Virus record (IMG/VR): IMGVR_UViG_3300043811_000226
Reading direction: 5' to 3' (one strand)
From: a virus
Length of the DNA: 64,000 nucleotides
Position numbers and translations under genes: made by a program. The notes under the pieces were generated by a model. That model was not told the origin of the DNA. It ran no database searches and worked only from the letters and a program-made list of their open reading frames with translations. Shown in pieces: positions 1 to 8,445 of the stretch (its first letter is position 1; each line of letters starts with the position of its first letter).

Positions 1-97
1 GTCAGGGATGCGCCCGAGAAGACGCAGCTGTCCCGGCGTCTCACTCTGCGCGACCACCTCGAACCCCACCTTGGCGCGTAGCGCCGCGATGAGCTCC

Positions 98-583
98 TTA
101 GCTGTGGTCGCCATGGGCCTCCACCGTCGACGCCGTGCAGACCATGAAGGCCTTCTTGTCTCCGAAGAACAGCTCGCGTACGTCCTTGAAGAACACACGC
201 TTGCCGTCTTCCTCCAAATACGAGAGGCCGTTGGTCAAGAACGTCTCGATGGAGTCACTAACCCACGCGATGATGTACTCGCCGAGCGGGGTCTTGCCGT
301 ACGTGACGTCGACATCGGTGTCCTGCTGCCCACTGTCCAGATGGAGAAGACCGGTGCGTGTCGTCGAAAGGTACTGACGAACGGCCTCGAGGTCGGTCTC
401 CCGAACAAGGACGTACTCCTCGCTGTTCAATGCCGACACGATGAGCGACGACGCCGTGTCAAGGTCGACCGGCTCCTCGGCTGCTTCCTCCCCCTTCAGT
501 GCCGGGTTGAAGCGCTGCATCTCCTTGAGCATCGCGGGTGAGACGACACCGGCCTTGAGCACAGCCTTGGTCAGAGGGGTCAT
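98..583 (-). CDS. Hypothetical phage protein (161 aa)
   Basis: Protein-like composition; ATGA overlap with the upstream gene; no motif recognised. Confidence 0.75.
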   Translation of the reverse strand: MTPLTKAVLKAGVVSPAMLKEMQRFNPALKGEEAAEEPVDLDTASSLIVSALNSEEYVLVRETDLEAVRQYLSTTRTGLLHLDSGQQDTDVDVTYGKTPLGEYIIAWVSDSIETFLTNGLSYLEEDGKRVFFKDVRELFFGDKKAFMVCTASTVEAHGDHS

Positions 584-1122
584 TCTTTCACCTGCTGCAT
601 GGCAACCTTGTAGCTCTTCTTCGTGTCGATGAGAGCCGCGGCCTTGGAATACGCCGCGCAGAGAATGAGCACGTGGTCCTCGATGAGGCGGTCCGTGAAG
701 AAGGGTACGCCGAAAAACTCGTCATGCGTCACGCACTCGATGCCCGTCCAGCCCTTGTACCACTGCCACAAGTGCGTGTTGGCGCCGCCAACAAAGGCCA
801 CAGGATTCAGCTGGTCGACCGACATCCGATGAAAGAGCCGGCCGACGACTACGGCAGCGTTCTCTTGCTCCGAGGGAATTTCCAGCACCTCGCTGTTTCG
901 GATGATGGAGTGGGGCTGCAGCGTCTCGAAGTCGACCGAAAGAGGCTCCGCCTGCTCGCCGCCTCGAACGAAGCGCCGGTAGGTGACCTTGCCACGAGCA
1001 TCGACCGAGACCGACTGCACCCTCGACTGCTTGAGGATGGCCTCGATGCTCTTGAGAAACCCGGTCACCCCTACGTTCTTGGGGACCTCGATAGACCCTT
1101 CGACTTCCTCGTACTCCGCCAT
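580..1122 (-). CDS. Hypothetical phage protein (180 aa)
   Basis: SD-like GAGGAG upstream; coupled to neighbours; no motif recognised. Confidence 0.8.
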   Translation of the reverse strand: MAEYEEVEGSIEVPKNVGVTGFLKSIEAILKQSRVQSVSVDARGKVTYRRFVRGGEQAEPLSVDFETLQPHSIIRNSEVLEIPSEQENAAVVVGRLFHRMSVDQLNPVAFVGGANTHLWQWYKGWTGIECVTHDEFFGVPFFTDRLIEDHVLILCAAYSKAAALIDTKKSYKVAMQQVKE

Positions 1123-1301
1123 CAGACTTGCTCCTCGTGATCACGCACACCGACGCGTCGCTCCATCGCATCGGACTCTACCAGCTGCTGCAAAAACTGC
1201 GTGATGACTGCGGTCAGAGTAGTGTGCCTGCGCTTCACGACGCGGGTCGCCTGCTCCTTGAGTCGCGCATCGATGCGCAGCTGAAGGCGGTCTTGTCTCA
1301 T
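1122..1301 (-). CDS. Small ribbon-helix-helix DNA-binding protein (59 aa; absent from the supplied ORF track)
   Basis: Manual translation MRQDRLQLRIDARLKEQATRVVKRRHTTLTAVITQFLQQLVE... shows an alternating beta strand followed by two helices. ATGA overlap with the HNH stop and TGATG overlap with the next gene. Confidence 0.7.
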   Translation of the reverse strand: MRQDRLQLRIDARLKEQATRVVKRRHTTLTAVITQFLQQLVESDAMERRVGVRDHEEQV

Positions 1302-1753
1302 GCAACCAGGCGTAGCCTCGCGCGGTAAGTAGCCGCTTCTACCGCCAGTCGCATGGTTTCGTTCACGAACTCTCTGACAGTAATACCTTGCAGGTCTGCG
1401 GCCTCCTTCAGCGCTGCTCTCAGGTCAGCATCCAAGCGCACCGTAGAGTAGCAGTTGTTGCTCTTGTTGTTGGCCTGCTCCGCGCGCGTTGCCCAACGAC
1501 AGTTGCTCTTCTCGTAGTTACCGTCGTTGTCTTTTCTATCGAGGCTGTGTTGCGGCGATGGACGGCGGCCCATGTCCTCGAGGAAGTTGCGTACACCATC
1601 AGGTCCGCGCCAACGAGCGCATACCGAGATGCCTCTTGCGCCGTACCGACCATACTTCTCGTCGTTGGGGTTCGTGCAGCGCTGGATCGCACCATGCAGT
1701 GCATTGAACTCCGGCGTACGTCGGCGCTTCCTGCTTTCTCCGTGAGTATTCAT
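1298..1753 (-). CDS. HNH-type homing endonuclease with C-terminal ribbon-helix-helix-like segment
   Basis: QRCTNPN..YGARGISVCARW..FLEDMG..SLDRKDNDGNYEKSNCRWAT..QANN is the common phage HNH signature; C-terminal TVRLDADLRAALKEAADLQGITVREFV is RHH-like. Confidence 0.85.
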   Translation of the reverse strand: MNTHGESRKRRRTPEFNALHGAIQRCTNPNDEKYGRYGARGISVCARWRGPDGVRNFLEDMGRRPSPQHSLDRKDNDGNYEKSNCRWATRAEQANNKSNNCYSTVRLDADLRAALKEAADLQGITVREFVNETMRLAVEAATYRARLRLVA

Positions 1754-2010
1754 TGTGTCCCCGTCACAAACTTGATCGCGTCCAAGTAGTCTCGAAGACC
1801 AACGATTGACGAGTGCTTCTCGCAGATGAGGTCCAACACCCGTTCATGCGCCCAGTCCAGCACTTCGTCGGTCATCGGTTTGCCGACAAGGTCGGGAGCT
1901 AGCTTCGCTTCGAGCTCTTTCTTCAACCCACCATCATGGCCGATGAAGGTCGGAGCCCACATAAAGTTGAACGCAATGACTCCGGGTTCGATGCTGGTGA
2001 CGAGTCTCAT
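1750..2010 (-). CDS. Hypothetical protein (86 aa)
   Basis: Fits the operon; ATGA overlap with the HNH start. Confidence 0.7.
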   Translation of the reverse strand: MRLVTSIEPGVIAFNFMWAPTFIGHDGGLKKELEAKLAPDLVGKPMTDEVLDWAHERVLDLICEKHSSIVGLRDYLDAIKFVTGTQ

Positions 2011-2012
2011 GG

Positions 2013-2399
2013 CTACAGCTCCCCACGAATGGCGCGCACGAAGTCGCAGTTCGGCACGTCCTCGATGAAGTTGCTATCCACCATGCTACGCACAGCCTTC
2101 AGACGTCCGCTGCCACGTAGCTTGTTTAGTGTCGACGCTAGCCATTCGTCCTCTGCCCTCTCTCGGGCCTCCTGAGACAAACGCGCGTACCGGTACTGAG
2201 ACAGCAGGCGGAACGGCAGGCAGACCCAGGTGCGTAGAGCACGAAACACGCGCACGAAGAGTACAGGACGCCCAACGTAATGCCTGACATAGATGTAACG
2301 CACTTCGCATGGGCGCTGAAGCATAAGCAGCATCCACTCCCGCACGAACCCCAAGAAGCTCATCGAGCGCAACTGGTTCAAGCGTTCGTCGTCCATCAC
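2013..2399 (-). CDS. Hypothetical protein (128 aa)
   Basis: Fits the operon; GTGA overlap with the groES stop. Confidence 0.65.
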   Translation of the reverse strand: MMDDERLNQLRSMSFLGFVREWMLLMLQRPCEVRYIYVRHYVGRPVLFVRVFRALRTWVCLPFRLLSQYRYARLSQEARERAEDEWLASTLNKLRGSGRLKAVRSMVDSNFIEDVPNCDFVRAIRGEL

Positions 2400-2725
2400 T
2401 TCTTCTCCAGCAGGTAAAGGATGTCGTCCTCGCGGATCATCCCGATGTCCTCCTCCAGCTGCTGCAAGACGCGCTGAATGGCTTTGCCTTGCTGGTGCTC
2501 GAGGTTCTCCCGAAAGAAGCAGACCCGGTCTCCTTGTTTGACGCCCATAGGGCGGCGAGCGTTCTTGCCGTAGAGCCAGCGGCCCGGACCGACACGGAGA
2601 ACCGTGCCCGTACGCTGCCTCTCGGCGCCGCTGCTGCTCTGAGGGAGGACAATGCCTCCTCGAGTCGTCTCAGGCAGCGGATCGAGGCTGACGACCAGCC
2701 AATCGAGAAGAGGCCTGACACGCAT
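2396..2725 (-). CDS. groES: GroES-like co-chaperonin (109 aa)
   Basis: MRVRPLLDWLVV, mobile loop TTRGGIVLP, GTVLRVGPG, VKQGDRV, IREDDIL; start moved to 2725 (AAGG upstream). Confidence 0.9.
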   Translation of the reverse strand: MRVRPLLDWLVVSLDPLPETTRGGIVLPQSSSGAERQRTGTVLRVGPGRWLYGKNARRPMGVKQGDRVCFFRENLEHQQGKAIQRVLQQLEEDIGMIREDDILYLLEKK

Positions 2726-2726
2726 A

Positions 2727-3032
2727 TCAGCCTTTCGCAACGCCGGCGGCGGGAGTGGGTGTGTCCTCACCGAGGACGTCGACCGCATCCTCCTTCGGGA
2801 TGCTGGCCATGTTCTCGCCGGCGATGCGCTCCTCGAGCAGCTTCACCAGCCAGGAGTCGGCCGCGATCCTCTTCAAGGTGGCGGCGTAGTTCTCTCCGTT
2901 CGGGGCGCGGTGCCACACACCTCCGATGCGGTGCATGATCTCGATGTGCGTACGCCCATCGTCGTCGACCCACTCAACCGCGAACTCCTCGGACCGCGCG
3001 ATGTTGGTCACGCGGCGGCTACCACCAGCCAT
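2727..3032 (-). CDS. Hypothetical protein (about 101 aa)
   Basis: Fits the operon; start uncertain. Confidence 0.6.
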   Translation of the reverse strand: MAGGSRRVTNIARSEEFAVEWVDDDGRTHIEIMHRIGGVWHRAPNGENYAATLKRIAADSWLVKLLEERIAGENMASIPKEDAVDVLGEDTPTPAAGVAKG

Positions 3033-3079
3033 CGCACCACGCTGACCTGCCGACTGCCCCACGCCCGTAGGACGACCCG

Positions 3080-3838
3080 CTACTCCACCATCGTTTGCGA
3101 ACATGACGTGCTCTCCTTCTCTTTCTTGTACTCGTCGTACTTCTTCTGGAGGCCTTCACGACTAATCCACGACCTGCCTCCATTCCAGGCGCGTGGGAAG
3201 TAGAACCTATCGAGCTTGGTTCGCTCGAGCAGGTATTCGGTGTCGATGTAACCGAGAGCCTGCTGGCACGTGACAGCGAAGCGCTCCTTGCACCTCTTCG
3301 GGCAGACGAAGATGGTCTTGAAGACCTGACCTGCGCGCTCAGGATCTGCGAGAAGACCGGGAGACGTGAACATCCCCCAGAAGCCGCAGCCAGGGCACTC
3401 GAGCTCGTGACCCCTGACGCGGAAGTAGACCACGTCACCGAACGAGTCAACGAGAGCCTCGTGTCCAACCTGGATGGGCGGCTGAATGCGCAGCTGCCGC
3501 TCTTCACGCACACGACGCACCGTGCTCGAAGGACTGTGGGTTGGGTACTCCATGGCCTGAATGGCCGCCACAGTGTCCTTGCGCAGCAGCTCCACAGTCT
3601 TGTCATCGAGCTTGTACGGCAAGAGGCCTTCTCGGTCCGTGCGTTGAAGTACTACGCCGACAGGCTGTTCTTCCGGGAAGCAGAGAAGAACCGAGGCGAG
3701 TTTTTGCATCATGCGCTTGAACTCGAGGTTCTCGAAGGTCCCTTCCTCGGTAACAAGGCCGTTCTCGTTGCTCTTGATGTCGCCTGTCGAGCGGTCTTCG
3801 GGCGTGCGTCTGTAGGAAAGCGTTACTTCCACGCTCAT
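3080..3838 (-). CDS. Hypothetical protein with Zn-ribbon (CPGC...CPKRC)
   Basis: Paired Cys motifs; ATGA overlap upstream. Confidence 0.75.
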   Translation of the reverse strand: MSVEVTLSYRRTPEDRSTGDIKSNENGLVTEEGTFENLEFKRMMQKLASVLLCFPEEQPVGVVLQRTDREGLLPYKLDDKTVELLRKDTVAAIQAMEYPTHSPSSTVRRVREERQLRIQPPIQVGHEALVDSFGDVVYFRVRGHELECPGCGFWGMFTSPGLLADPERAGQVFKTIFVCPKRCKERFAVTCQQALGYIDTEYLLERTKLDRFYFPRAWNGGRSWISREGLQKKYDEYKKEKESTSCSQTMVE

Positions 3839-4329
3839 GAAGTCTTCTCCAGCTGCTTGCCTGCGTACGAGACGGGACGGGTGATGCGGTAGATGACCGC
3901 CCCCTGAGCTCCAGCACCGAAGTACACCCTGGTACCATCCCAGAGCTCGAGGGCGTCGATGATGGTGCGCTCCGCCCCCCGAACATCTGTTCCGATGATT
4001 CGGCGTACCGGCTGTTCTTTGAGCAGTGCCTGCACGGTATCGAGAGAGCAGTGGTGCTCGTCAGGAAAGCCGAGGCCGTTGAAGGCGGCGAAGGCCTCCT
4101 TCGGGGTTGCCTCCTGTACGGTCATGAGCGAGAGAACCTCCGCGTCAACCTCCCGCTCTTTCAGGCCACGGGCCGGCTTGCTGCAGAGCGGGCACAGATA
4201 CTTGTCCGGCCAGAACTCACTGCGGGTGCCGACGAGCTGGTCAAGCTCGCGCACGCTCTCCATCGAGGCGACGCTTTCAGGCATCACCCGGATGGCAGAC
4301 TTGCATGGTAGGCAGACGACGACGATCAT
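3835..4329 (-). CDS. Hypothetical protein with Zn-ribbon (CLPC...CPLC)
   Basis: Two CxxC pairs; coupled gene. Confidence 0.75.
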   Translation of the reverse strand: MIVVVCLPCKSAIRVMPESVASMESVRELDQLVGTRSEFWPDKYLCPLCSKPARGLKEREVDAEVLSLMTVQEATPKEAFAAFNGLGFPDEHHCSLDTVQALLKEQPVRRIIGTDVRGAERTIIDALELWDGTRVYFGAGAQGAVIYRITRPVSYAGKQLEKTS

Positions 4330-4937
4330 ACCGAGCCCACCCCGTCCTCGTCAGGGTCCCGCCCACCTGTGAACGTAGAAGCGTCGACGCCGGCGTTGGG
4401 CACAACGGGGTAGCCCTTCTCCGCTGCAGGCACAGTGCGCGATGGCACGACAAGCTTGCCGTTGACCACGCGCTTGTTGTTCCTGCGCGTCGTGACCTTG
4501 ACTGCAGGTGCTGTTTCCGCCGCAACAACCGTGGGGCTGCCTTCTTTGAGCAGGAGCTGCTCTTCTTCTGACATAGCGGAATTGTCAGACGGAGCGTCCT
4601 GCCCACCAAAGACGTGGGTGGGAGTCCCGTCCTCTGACACCACATCTTCCACGACAGCAGGAGCGGGCGCGATTTCTTCAGGCTCGACTGAGTCTTCTGG
4701 TACCGGTGCTGGCGTCGGAGCCGAGGCTGCCTTGCGAACAGCGGGCGGAACACGAACGGCTGACTTGGGCTGCCCCTTCACCTGAACGTGCTGCTCCATG
4801 ACTGTCGCCGCGGCCTCGTCATCCACGGCCACACGCAGGGAGCTGCCATTCGGCAGGACCAGGGTGAGGTAGGTCACCGTGGTGTTCTGCTCGAAGTCGA
4901 GCTCCTGTGCGATGCCCGTGATGGTGCAGTCAATCAT
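4326..4937 (-). CDS. Hypothetical protein with Pro/Ala/acidic low-complexity C-terminal half
   Basis: ORF translation; ATGA overlaps on both sides. Confidence 0.75.
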   Translation of the reverse strand: MIDCTITGIAQELDFEQNTTVTYLTLVLPNGSSLRVAVDDEAAATVMEQHVQVKGQPKSAVRVPPAVRKAASAPTPAPVPEDSVEPEEIAPAPAVVEDVVSEDGTPTHVFGGQDAPSDNSAMSEEEQLLLKEGSPTVVAAETAPAVKVTTRRNNKRVVNGKLVVPSRTVPAAEKGYPVVPNAGVDASTFTGGRDPDEDGVGSV

Positions 4938-5233
4938 CCGCCGCCCTTGGGAGAAGGAGGAGGCGTCTGGGTGGTGCGCGAACGGTCGGCAGCCTCGGTC
5001 TTCGCCCTACGGACGATCTCCGTGCCCATTTGGGCCAGGACGATGAGGTGCTTGCCTCCGCGGTGCGCGTTGACGAGCAGCATGCAATTGGCCCACTGCT
5101 TGTCCTTGTAGTCGGCGCCTTCTGGCACAGCGTCGAAGGCCATGCAGTCTGCTCCGCACGGGCGCTCCATGTTCAGAAAGCACATGAGGCCGTTCGGCTG
5201 CGTAGGTTCACCCTGGTTGTGCTGCTGCGTCAC
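4934..5233 (-). CDS. Cys-rich hypothetical protein (about 99 aa, GTG start)
   Basis: CFL..RPCGADCMAF...CMLL; AGGAG before the GTG at 5233. Confidence 0.65.
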   Translation of the reverse strand: MTQQHNQGEPTQPNGLMCFLNMERPCGADCMAFDAVPEGADYKDKQWANCMLLVNAHRGGKHLIVLAQMGTEIVRRAKTEAADRSRTTQTPPPSPKGGG

Positions 5234-5657
5234 CGTGCTTCTCCTTCTCGATGGCTGCGCGTGTATCGGCAATGCTCTGGACGATGGCCTTGGCCGCTTC
5301 TCCGACGTAGCGAGCCAGGACTTTGCCGAAAGCCGCGGCCGTGCGTGGGTCGGGCTGATCGAGGAAGCCCCACTTGATGAGCAGAAAGCCGATAGCAGTA
5401 GCGAACTGCTGCTGGGCGATGAGCTTTCGCACGTCGATGAAGAACCGCTGAAAGACTTCTTCAGGGGTGCCTCCGTCGTGAGAGAAGCGGAAGGTTGGCA
5501 GGTCCTCCACCCTGCCTGACCAACTGCAGATGTTGCAGCGAGCGTCCCCGCCGGAGAGGGACGATGCAGTAACGTCGGCCCCTCCGCAGGAAGGACAGAA
5601 CCAGGCCTGTGCATTCGGCTGCTGGTTCGGGTTTCCGTTGCTGTTGTCGGGCTTCAT
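5208..5657 (-). CDS. Hypothetical protein with Zn-ribbon (CPSC...CNIC)
   Basis: Two CxxC pairs. Confidence 0.75.
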   Translation of the reverse strand: MKPDNSNGNPNQQPNAQAWFCPSCGGADVTASSLSGGDARCNICSWSGRVEDLPTFRFSHDGGTPEEVFQRFFIDVRKLIAQQQFATAIGFLLIKWGFLDQPDPRTAAAFGKVLARYVGEAAKAIVQSIADTRAAIEKEKHGDAAAQPG

Positions 5658-6058
5658 ACCGGCACGATCCTTCCGAGCTTCGAGTAGAGCTTGTTGCTCG
5701 CGGCTCTAGACGCTGCTGTTGCCGGCTTGCTGTCCCGGTTCACTGTGACCGTACGCGTCCGGCTACGCATCTTGGTTTCCTGCCATAGAGGCCTGATGCT
5801 CAAGCCACCCTTCTTCACTTCGTCGAGCAGGATGCGAACGTGGTCGCTCCTGTCGCGTTGCTTCTGCGTCTCGAGCCAGGGGAAGGCGACCTTCATGTAG
5901 TCGTCGAAGACTTCCTTGCCCTTGTCCTTGCTGATGATGGCCTGCGCGAGTGCACGGAGTCGTGCGTGCTCTATCTGCTCCTTCTTGAGCACGTACAACA
6001 TGAGGATGGACTCCCGAGGCGACCCCTTTGGGGGCGGCTCGCGCAGGGACGCGAACAA
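5654..6058 (-). CDS. Hypothetical protein, possibly a tail/baseplate assembly chaperone partner
   Basis: Follows the 409-aa chaperone-like gene; function is inferred from position only. Confidence 0.5.
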   Translation of the reverse strand: MFASLREPPPKGSPRESILMLYVLKKEQIEHARLRALAQAIISKDKGKEVFDDYMKVAFPWLETQKQRDRSDHVRILLDEVKKGGLSIRPLWQETKMRSRTRTVTVNRDSKPATAASRAASNKLYSKLGRIVPV

Positions 6059-6090
6059 CAGGGTTGCTCGTGCCCAGCCCTCGGGGGTCT

Positions 6091-7320
6091 CTAGCCATTT
6101 CCCAGCTTCTCCGCGACGAAGAGCTTGCGCACCCGGATGTCGAACCAGAAGTAGTTCACTCCGAGCGACGCGAGCATGTGGAAAGGGAACCGCGTGACGT
6201 GGTTGAACTTCTTCCAGAAGGCGGCCTCGTCGAAGTTGCCCTCCGCGTCTCGATGGGTCGGAAGCACGTTGCCGTTGATGGCGCGCAAACCAATGGTCAC
6301 GCTCATCATGGAGAACTTGTCGAGCAGATAGCGCTCGGTGATCTCGATGCCCTTACTCTCCTCCATGATGAGGCGTTTGATGGCGAGGTCCTCTGTACCC
6401 TGCATCGACTCGAACTCTGGCTCGAATTTGCCAGGGACGATGGGGACCCTCTGCGTAACGAAGCCGCGCATAACGAGGTCTGTGACATCAAGCGGCTTGA
6501 GGCGCGCCTCGATGATGTCGCGCTGCTCCTCGTTGTTGATGATGTCCTTCATCATCATCTCGCGGAAGGTGTTGAAGTCGAAGTCGTCGAGCTTCTTCAC
6601 GGCTTCCTTGATCGTCGACGACGTCACGCTCGGGTCAGCCTGAGGACCGTCGGTCGGTGAGTTCCCCAAGCGCCCCGCCGCACCGGCGACGCCTGCCGCT
6701 GCCTCCTGCTCAACAGCCGCGGTCTCGCTCTCGGCCCCCTGCCTCTTCTTCTGCAAGTCGTTGATGGTCTGCAGGTCGGCAAGGGCCTTGGCCCCCAGAC
6801 CTTTGCGCGCCGTGCCAAGAGCCTGGGGAGCGACACGCTGACCGTTACGCACGACGCCGTACTTCAATGCCAACGCCGGCTGGGAGCTGGCGTACATGCT
6901 CCCCTGCCCTTCCTTGAAGTCGGGGTCGCTCCTCGCCTCGTTGGGCAAGATGTCGCCCGGCAGAATGCCGATGGGAGGAGGACCTGAACGCGCGGCTGAG
7001 GGAGCCGCTGCTGTTATCGGCGGGGCGGGGTCTTGAAAGAGCCCTGTCCTCGGTGGCTGCGCGCCCGCTCGCTGCACGTTGGCCTGATCGGCCATGGTGC
7101 TGCCGTCAGTCGCAGGCATGTCGAGGCGAGGGATGGGAGGCGCCTGGCCTCCGGCCACGGGCGTCGTGTACTTCGGCGGCCCTCGACGGGCGGCGACTTC
7201 GGCCGCGTACCTCACGGCCGCAGGGTCGGTAACACCAGGAGAAACAACAGGGGTACCGAACACCACAGGGTTGTTCACGTCCTTGTTGACCGCCTCAGTC
7301 GACTCAGGGTTGCGCCTCAT
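6091..7320 (-). CDS. Putative tail/baseplate-hub assembly chaperone-like protein (409 aa) with Pro/Ala-rich N-terminal half
   Basis: Strong SD (AAAGGAG). C-terminal domain (VPIVPGKFEPEFESM..EDLAIKRL..ERYLLDK..SVTIGLRAING) resembles myovirus hub/tail chaperones; recognition is by eye and weak. Confidence 0.45.
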   Translation of the reverse strand: MRRNPESTEAVNKDVNNPVVFGTPVVSPGVTDPAAVRYAAEVAARRGPPKYTTPVAGGQAPPIPRLDMPATDGSTMADQANVQRAGAQPPRTGLFQDPAPPITAAAPSAARSGPPPIGILPGDILPNEARSDPDFKEGQGSMYASSQPALALKYGVVRNGQRVAPQALGTARKGLGAKALADLQTINDLQKKRQGAESETAAVEQEAAAGVAGAAGRLGNSPTDGPQADPSVTSSTIKEAVKKLDDFDFNTFREMMMKDIINNEEQRDIIEARLKPLDVTDLVMRGFVTQRVPIVPGKFEPEFESMQGTEDLAIKRLIMEESKGIEITERYLLDKFSMMSVTIGLRAINGNVLPTHRDAEGNFDEAAFWKKFNHVTRFPFHMLASLGVNYFWFDIRVRKLFVAEKLGNG

Positions 7321-7362
7321 GGGCTCCTTTCTGCCAGCACGATGTGAGTACAACGAGTAGCT

Positions 7363-7395
7363 AAAGAGAAAGGCGTCGTCAATGAAGACGACGCC
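7363..7395 (-). terminator. Intrinsic terminator
   Basis: Perfect 9-bp stem GGCGTCGTC/GACGACGCC with a 6-nt loop, followed on the minus strand by TTTCTCTTT. Confidence 0.75.
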
Positions 7396-7401
7396 CGGGG
7401 T

Positions 7402-7626
7402 TCACTGCACAGCGCGAAGAAGTACGGCGCGGACCTCATCGTCAGGCATGCCTCCCGGCACGAGACTGACGCGTGCCAGGACCATGTCCTGAAGGCGAAG
7501 GGGCGGGCTGCTAGGCCGAGAGAAGGTGCCTTTGAGCAGCAGGAAGGGACCGCGCACACGCAAGTCGCCCTCTTTGTGTGGAACCACGAAGCTCACGTCG
7601 GGAGGGAACAGGTCCGAGAGTTTCAT
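7402..7626 (-). CDS. Hypothetical protein (about 74 aa; start uncertain)
   Basis: 3' part of ORF 7402..7878 from MKLSDLFPP; ends just before the terminator. Confidence 0.5.
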   Translation of the reverse strand: MKLSDLFPPDVSFVVPHKEGDLRVRGPFLLLKGTFSRPSSPPLRLQDMVLARVSLVPGGMPDDEVRAVLLRAVQ

Positions 7627-7778
7627 ACCCTGCGCGACGAGAAGGGCAGCCGTTTGAGAGAAGACGAACGAGGGGGAAGTGACCTTCTCCCATTCGACTC
7701 CGCCGTTACGGCAAGGCCTCTCCCACGAGAACGTGGTGCAGTAGCCGATGGACCCTGACCAGCCGCCTCCTACGAGCT

Positions 7779-8033
7779 CTACTCGGTCGGAACCTTGGTC
7801 CACCCGACAGGTCCACGCGGTTTCGGCGGCGGCGGGACCCTCACGACCTTCATCAGATGTCTCTTGCATACAGGGCACCTTCCGACGTCATGGTGCGTCG
7901 AGTCGAACGGGATGATCATTCCAAGCGTCCAGCCGGCGCTCATCGCCTGCTCGATCTCGGCCTTGCCGTGGCACCCAGGGTGCGTGCATTCCAGTCTGTA
8001 CGCGAAGAACAGCGGGTTGACCATCTTGGGCAC
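7779..8033 (-). CDS. Zn-ribbon protein (84 aa)
   Basis: CTHPGC...CPVC; GAGG before the GTG start. Confidence 0.65.
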   Translation of the reverse strand: MPKMVNPLFFAYRLECTHPGCHGKAEIEQAMSAGWTLGMIIPFDSTHHDVGRCPVCKRHLMKVVRVPPPPKPRGPVGWTKVPTE

Positions 8034-8445
8034 GGTAGGTCCTCACTTGCTCGCGCACGGCGTTGAAGTACTCGGCGCTGCCTGGATTGTACGCCCGGAG
8101 CCAGCCGAGGTCCTCACAGTCACTTGAGCAAGCCGCCCGGATGCGGTTCAGGAACCAGCCCATTCGCTGGATGTTGGTGTGCCCCTGCCTGAGCGGACGA
8201 ATTTCACGTGTGCTGTGCGCGTTGATCTGCCCAAGGCCCACCGAGTAGCTGCCGTCCTTCTCGTGGCGTACGAGTCCAGGCACCCACAAGGTCTCGCGGT
8301 CGATGATGGCCACGAAGATCCACGGGTCGAGGTTGTAGTGCTTGGACTCAGTCAGAATCCACGTCGCGTACCTCTTCGCCCTCGTCTGAGGTACGGTCGG
8401 GTTGGTGTGTCGGATCGCCAGGGCCAGTACCACTTCTGCGAGCAT
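7888..8445 (-). CDS. Lytic transglycosylase (SLT-like, lysozyme fold; 185 aa)
   Basis: LDPWIFVAIIDRET (catalytic Glu), GLGQIN and AYNPG match SLT motifs I-III; AAGGAG upstream of the ATG at 8445. Confidence 0.75.
   Translation of the reverse strand: MLAEVVLALAIRHTNPTVPQTRAKRYATWILTESKHYNLDPWIFVAIIDRETLWVPGLVRHEKDGSYSVGLGQINAHSTREIRPLRQGHTNIQRMGWFLNRIRAACSSDCEDLGWLRAYNPGSAEYFNAVREQVRTYRAQDGQPAVLRVQTGMHAPWVPRQGRDRAGDERRLDAWNDHPVRLDAP

Noticed and set aside
6028-6660. Alternative genetic code or stop-codon reassignment
   Set aside because: All recognisable genes (RNAP, TerL, portal, sheath) are full-length under the standard code, and TAA, TAG and TGA all end real genes
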